A stretch of 64,000 bases of DNA from Candidatus Eiseniibacteriota bacterium (GTDB lineage: Bacteria; Eisenbacteria; RBG-16-71-46; CAVPCR01), in NCBI GenBank assembly GCA_963823555.1, contig CAWGMA010000001.1, forward strand, positions 192,001-256,000, written 5' to 3'. A program made the translations under genes and the position numbers. The notes beneath the pieces were generated by a model. The model searched no databases, had not been told where the DNA came from, and worked only from the letters and a program-made list of their open reading frames with translations. Shown here one piece after another: positions 59,887-64,000 of the stretch. Position 1 is the stretch's first letter. Each line of letters starts with the position of its first letter.

Positions 59887-60954
59887 GTGGGCGTGGTCGT
59901 CGATCTTCGCAGCGATACGGTTACCCGGCCCACCCCGGGCATGCGCCGAGCCCTGGCTGAAGCCGAGGTCGGTGATGACGTCTTCGGCGATGACCCCACG
60001 GTCAAGCGTCTCGAAGAGCGCACGGCAGAGCTCCTGGGACAAGAGGCGGGGCTCTTTGTTCCCTCCGGGACGATGGGGAATCAGCTGGCGGTCCGCTGCC
60101 ATACCCGCCCCGGGGATGAGGTGCTGCTCGAGGCGGGTGCCCACATCTGGAACTACGAGGGCGGGGCCGCCGCAGCGCTCTCCGGAATCCAGCTGCGGCC
60201 CGTTCCAGGTCGGAATGGAGCCCTTGGCGCCGCCGATCTGGATCCGCTCGTACGGCCGGACGACCCCCATCACCCACGCACAAGCCTGATCTGCCTGGAG
60301 AACACGCACAACCGCGCCGGTGGTCGCATCCTGCCCCTCGACGTGATGACCGAGCTGCGCCGGTTCGCGGTTGAGCACGGTCTCGCCCTCCACCTGGACG
60401 GAGCCAGGCTGTGGAACGCCGCGGTCGCGACCGGGATCCAGCCCGGGGCCTGGGGGCGGCAAGCCGACTCGGTGACGGTCTGTTATTCGAAGGGGCTCGG
60501 GGCGCCGATCGGGTCCCTCCTGGCAGGTTCCCGCGATTTCATCGCGCTCGCCCGGCGCGAGCGCAAGAAGTTCGGCGGGGGCATGCGCCAGGTGGGTATC
60601 CTGGCCGCGGCTGCGCTCTACGCTCTCGATCACCACTGGTCCCGGATCGCCGAGGATCATGCCCATGCGCAATTCCTGGCTCATGAGCTGGCGCAGATAC
60701 CGGGAGTTGCGATTTCGCCGGCCGATGTCGAGACCAACATCGTGATCTTCGATGTCGCGGCTTCCGGGGCTCGTGCCGAGGACCTGATCCAGGCCCTGGC
60801 CCAACGTGGCGTGCTCATGGTGTCGTTCGGACCGACCTTGATTCGTGCCGTCACGCATCTTGATGTGGAGCTCCCGGCGGTGAGGCAGGCCGCCCTGGCC
60901 GTCGCGGAGGCCCTGGGGGACATGAAGCAACGCGCGCCGCGGGGGACGACGTGA
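59887..60954 (+). CDS. ltaE: Low-specificity L-threonine aldolase
   Basis: [49 protein letters not shown]. Confidence 0.95.
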   Translation: MGVVVDLRSDTVTRPTPGMRRALAEAEVGDDVFGDDPTVKRLEERTAELLGQEAGLFVPSGTMGNQLAVRCHTRPGDEVLLEAGAHIWNYEGGAAAALSGIQLRPVPGRNGALGAADLDPLVRPDDPHHPRTSLICLENTHNRAGGRILPLDVMTELRRFAVEHGLALHLDGARLWNAAVATGIQPGAWGRQADSVTVCYSKGLGAPIGSLLAGSRDFIALARRERKKFGGGMRQVGILAAAALYALDHHWSRIAEDHAHAQFLAHELAQIPGVAISPADVETNIVIFDVAASGARAEDLIQALAQRGVLMVSFGPTLIRAVTHLDVELPAVRQAALAVAEALGDMKQRAPRGTT

Positions 60955-61880
60955 GCCGAACGCCACCCCGCGGACCCGCGCCTCGGATCTCGGTCGCACT
61001 GGCCCAGATCTCACCTGTTCTGGGTCATGTGCCGATGAACGTCAACCGGGCTCAGCAGCTCGCTGTCGAGGCCGCCGACCGCGGGGCGCAGCTCATCGTG
61101 TTCCCCGAACTCGCCCTCACCGGCTATTTCGTCAAGGACCTCGCCTTCGAGGTCGCCCGGCACCCCGACGCCCCAGACTTCGCGCCGCTTGCGGCGGCCA
61201 GTCGTCGCATCGCGATCGTGGCGGGCTTCATCGAACACGGGACGGATCACGCCCTCTACAACGTGGCTGCGCTGTGGCATGACGGGCGCGTGCGGTGGGT
61301 GCACCGCAAGGTCTACCTGCCAACCTACGGGCTGTTCGATGAGGGGCGTTATGTGGCGCCGGGGCGACGATTGGCCGCCTTCGATTCGCCCCTGGGCCGG
61401 CTCGGACTCCTCATCTGCGAGGATATCTGGCACCCGTCAACGGTGTACATCACGGCACTCGATGGAGCCGAGCTCATGGTCGTCATCGCGGCCAGTCCCA
61501 CCCGCGAAGCGGGGGGCGAGGCGTTCTCGCGCTCCGGTGCGATCTGGCGCGATTTGCTCAAGGCCCACGCCGTCCTGCATGGGATTCATGTCGTTTTCGT
61601 CAACCGCGTCGGCTTCGAAGATGGTGTCAGCTTCTGGGGTGGATCGCGGATCATCGCTCCGAGCGGGGCGGTGATCGCCGAAGCGCCATTCTTCGATGAG
61701 GCCCTGGTCTACGGCGAGTTGGATCGCCGCGACGTGCTACGCGAGCGGATGCGGTCGCATCATGTGTGGGATGAAGACCCTGAGCTCACCCTGCGAGAGC
61801 TGCGCTCGGCGCTCCGGCGCCGCCGCGAGCGGGATGCCGCCACCGAGGGGAGCGCGGGCAGGCCAGAGGATGGAGCATGA
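60951..61880 (+). CDS. Nitrilase-family amidohydrolase, probable glutaminase partner of NadE
   Basis: Glu-Lys-Cys triad [28 protein letters not shown]. Stop overlaps the nadE start. Confidence 0.9.
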   Translation: MSRTPPRGPAPRISVALAQISPVLGHVPMNVNRAQQLAVEAADRGAQLIVFPELALTGYFVKDLAFEVARHPDAPDFAPLAAASRRIAIVAGFIEHGTDHALYNVAALWHDGRVRWVHRKVYLPTYGLFDEGRYVAPGRRLAAFDSPLGRLGLLICEDIWHPSTVYITALDGAELMVVIAASPTREAGGEAFSRSGAIWRDLLKAHAVLHGIHVVFVNRVGFEDGVSFWGGSRIIAPSGAVIAEAPFFDEALVYGELDRRDVLRERMRSHHVWDEDPELTLRELRSALRRRRERDAATEGSAGRPEDGA

Positions 61881-62770
61881 GCGGAGCAAAGAGCCAATCC
61901 CCGGCGCCAGAAGACCCGCGGGACCGGCGGGCGGCCCTGGCGCGCCAGCTCGAGAGCATCGATTCCGAGGTGTTGATCAGGGTCCTCGAGCGATTTCTGC
62001 TTGAGGAGATCCGCAAGGCCGGGTTCGATCGGGGGGTCATCGGTCTCTCCGGCGGCATCGATTCGAGCCTGGCGGCCGCCCTGGCGGCGCGAGCCCTGGG
62101 CGCCGGGAACGTGCATGGTGTGCTCATGCCGTACGGCAGCGGGGAGGAAGCGAGGCGCGCCGTGGCGGACGCGGAGCTCGTGGCCCAGCATCTCGGCATC
62201 CGCACCGAGTCCGTCGACATTGCCCCGCTGGTCGACGCCCACTTTGCCGGCGAGAAAGACGCCACGGCTCTGCGCCGCGGGAATTTCATGGCCCGGATGC
62301 GTATGGCCGTGCTCTTCGATCGCTCGATGCGGGATCGCGCTCTTGTCATTGGCACCAGCAACAAGTCCGAGCTGCTCCTCGGCTATGGCACGCTGTTCGG
62401 GGATCTGGCGAGCGCTCTCAATCCTCTCGGCGACCTCTACAAGACCCAGGTGCGCCTTCTCTCCCGCCACCTGGGTCTGCCCGGGCCGATCCTCCAAAAG
62501 GCTCCCAGCGCCGATCTGTGGCCGGGTCAGACCGACGAAGGCGAGCTGGGCTTCACGTATGAGGAGGTCGATCTCGTGCTGTTCCTGCTCGTGGATCGCC
62601 GTCTGACCACGGAGGAAATCGCCGAGCACGGCTTTGCGCCCGAGTTCGTCGCCAACGTGTCGCAGCGCATCCGAACCACCCAGTTCAAACGCCGGCTGCC
62701 GTTGATTGCCAAGCTGTCGAGCCGCACGATCGGACTCGACTTCCGCTATCCCCGCGACTGGGGAAGCTAA
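61877..62770 (+). CDS. nadE: NAD+ synthetase (synthetase domain only)
   Basis: GLSGGIDS, NFMARMRM, GTSNKSE, GYGTLFGD, YKTQV, PSADLWPGQTDE. Confidence 0.96.
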   Translation: MSGAKSQSPAPEDPRDRRAALARQLESIDSEVLIRVLERFLLEEIRKAGFDRGVIGLSGGIDSSLAAALAARALGAGNVHGVLMPYGSGEEARRAVADAELVAQHLGIRTESVDIAPLVDAHFAGEKDATALRRGNFMARMRMAVLFDRSMRDRALVIGTSNKSELLLGYGTLFGDLASALNPLGDLYKTQVRLLSRHLGLPGPILQKAPSADLWPGQTDEGELGFTYEEVDLVLFLLVDRRLTTEEIAEHGFAPEFVANVSQRIRTTQFKRRLPLIAKLSSRTIGLDFRYPRDWGS

Positions 62771-62773
62771 GCT

Positions 62774-63640
62774 GTGGGTGCGGTCGAGTCACCGGAAACG
62801 AACGCGGGCGCCGGATCCGAACCGACGGCGATCGAGTCCGTCGTGGCGGGTGGGACGCTCTACGTCGTTTCCACCCCGATCGGTAACCTCTCGGATATCA
62901 CGCTGCGTGCGCTGGCCGTGCTCCAGCAGGTGGATCGCATCGCAGCGGAAGATACGCGGCACACCCGGCGTCTCCTCCTCCGGCACGGAATCCATCCGCG
63001 CGCCATCGAGCCCTACCACGCTCACAATGAGCAGCGCATGGGGCCACGGTTTGCCGATCGTCTACGTCGCGGTGAAGCGGTGGCTCTGGTCACCGATGCC
63101 GGGACCCCCGGGGTTTCCGATCCTGCCTACCGGCTCATCAGGGCCGCGCTCGAGGTGGGTGCGCCGATTGTGGCCGTGCCCGGGGCGTCCGCGGTCCTTA
63201 CCGCTCTGGTCGCCTCCGGTCTTCCCATGGATCGCTTCGTCTTCCAGGGTTTTCCCCCTCGTAAACCAGGTCCAAGGCGGCGGTTGCTGGCTTCTCTGGC
63301 TTCCCTTCCCCATTCGCTCGTATTCTTCGAGGCCGCCCCCCGGCTGCCCGGGTTTCTGACCGACCTGGGCGCGGTTCTCGGCGATCGACGCATCGCGGTC
63401 GGGCGCGAGCTCACCAAGCGATTCGAGGAGGTATGGCGAGGGACCGTGAGCGAGTACCTGGCCACCAAGGCAGGCTCGACCGTGAAGGGGGAGATCACCG
63501 TGGTGGTGGCGGGCGCTGAACGCCGTGGACCCCGGCGGGAGGAGCCCGGCGACCCCCAGGAGCTCGAGTCGCCTCGCCGGTCCAGAGCCGCGGCGAGGCG
63601 ATCCGACAGGCAGGATTGGCACCAGGAAGGAGCCGATTAG
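62774..63640 (+). CDS. rsmI: 16S rRNA (cytidine1402-2'-O)-methyltransferase
   Basis: LYVVSTPIGNLSDITLRA, AEDTR, DAGTPGVSDP, RELTKRFEE, KGE. Confidence 0.95.
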   Translation: MGAVESPETNAGAGSEPTAIESVVAGGTLYVVSTPIGNLSDITLRALAVLQQVDRIAAEDTRHTRRLLLRHGIHPRAIEPYHAHNEQRMGPRFADRLRRGEAVALVTDAGTPGVSDPAYRLIRAALEVGAPIVAVPGASAVLTALVASGLPMDRFVFQGFPPRKPGPRRRLLASLASLPHSLVFFEAAPRLPGFLTDLGAVLGDRRIAVGRELTKRFEEVWRGTVSEYLATKAGSTVKGEITVVVAGAERRGPRREEPGDPQELESPRRSRAAARRSDRQDWHQEGAD

Positions 63641-63644
63641 CGCC

Positions 63645-64000
63645 ATGCAGAGCACGTTCAAGGACGAGGCCCGCCGAGTCTTCGATCCTCTCGTGGCGGC
63701 TCTCGATCGGGTCCAGCTGAGACCGATCACGGTCACCCTGGCCGGGCTCGCCCTGGCCGGCGGGGCCGGGTGGCTCATCGCCGCTGGGCGCTTGCGCGCA
63801 GGGGCTCTTTGCCTCATTCTCTCCGCGCTTTGCGACATGATGGATGGGCAACTTGCTCGCCGGCAGGGAAGCGTGAGCCCGGTGGGGGCCTTCCTCGACT
63901 CCTGCATCGACCGATTGGCCGAGGGGGCTGTCTTCGCCGGACTGGCGGTCTACTTGATCCCGGCCGGGGCCACCTGGGTCGCGTTCGCCGTCCTTGGTCT
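63645..64000 (+). CDS. CDP-alcohol phosphatidyltransferase (partial)
   Basis: Manual translation MQSTFKDEARRVFDP...CDMMDGQLARRQGSVSPVGAFLDSCIDR matches the DxxDGxxAR...GxxLDxxxD signature. Confidence 0.9.
   Translation, partial: MQSTFKDEARRVFDPLVAALDRVQLRPITVTLAGLALAGGAGWLIAAGRLRAGALCLILSALCDMMDGQLARRQGSVSPVGAFLDSCIDRLAEGAVFAGLAVYLIPAGATWVAFAVLG

Overview
High-GC bacterial chromosome segment, mostly core genes. An FlgD/T9SS-like C-terminal domain, a TWGxIK tail motif, lpxH and Omp85 point to a diderm FCB-superphylum organism, possibly Eisenbacteria- or Krumholzibacteria-like (inference). Genes in order: NAD-dependent epimerase (partial); csrA with a ~195-aa disordered tail; MacA-like adaptor and two MacB-like permeases; AI-2E transporter; large class A PBP-like protein; small coiled-coil/winged-helix protein; rho with a long disordered N-terminus; a sigma54 two-component system followed by a sigma54 promoter, a helical-repeat protein and a beta-barrel; lpxH; M23 peptidase; AMIN amidase; PAP2; DUF2064; S8 protease; an 11-subunit nuoABCDHIJKLMN operon (no nuoEFG, nuoH frameshifted); a TWGxIK-motif protein; a peptidase-TolB-Omp85 fusion (frameshifted); queD-folE-mdh; two glycosyltransferases; mobA; a Fur-boxed iron operon (fur, feoB, Cys-rich protein, DtxR/FeoA, porin, FMN-binding protein, cytochrome b-ApbE fusion); a YbbR-like gene; a candidate ~135-nt structured ncRNA with its own sigma70 promoter; HU; ltaE; split glutaminase plus nadE; rsmI; a CDP-alcohol phosphatidyltransferase (partial). 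No CRISPR, rRNA, tRNA or mobile elements were seen. The best leads are the flavinylation-coupled iron uptake operon, the unannotated ncRNA and the disordered-tail CsrA and Rho. All family calls come from motifs read by eye; no searches were run.
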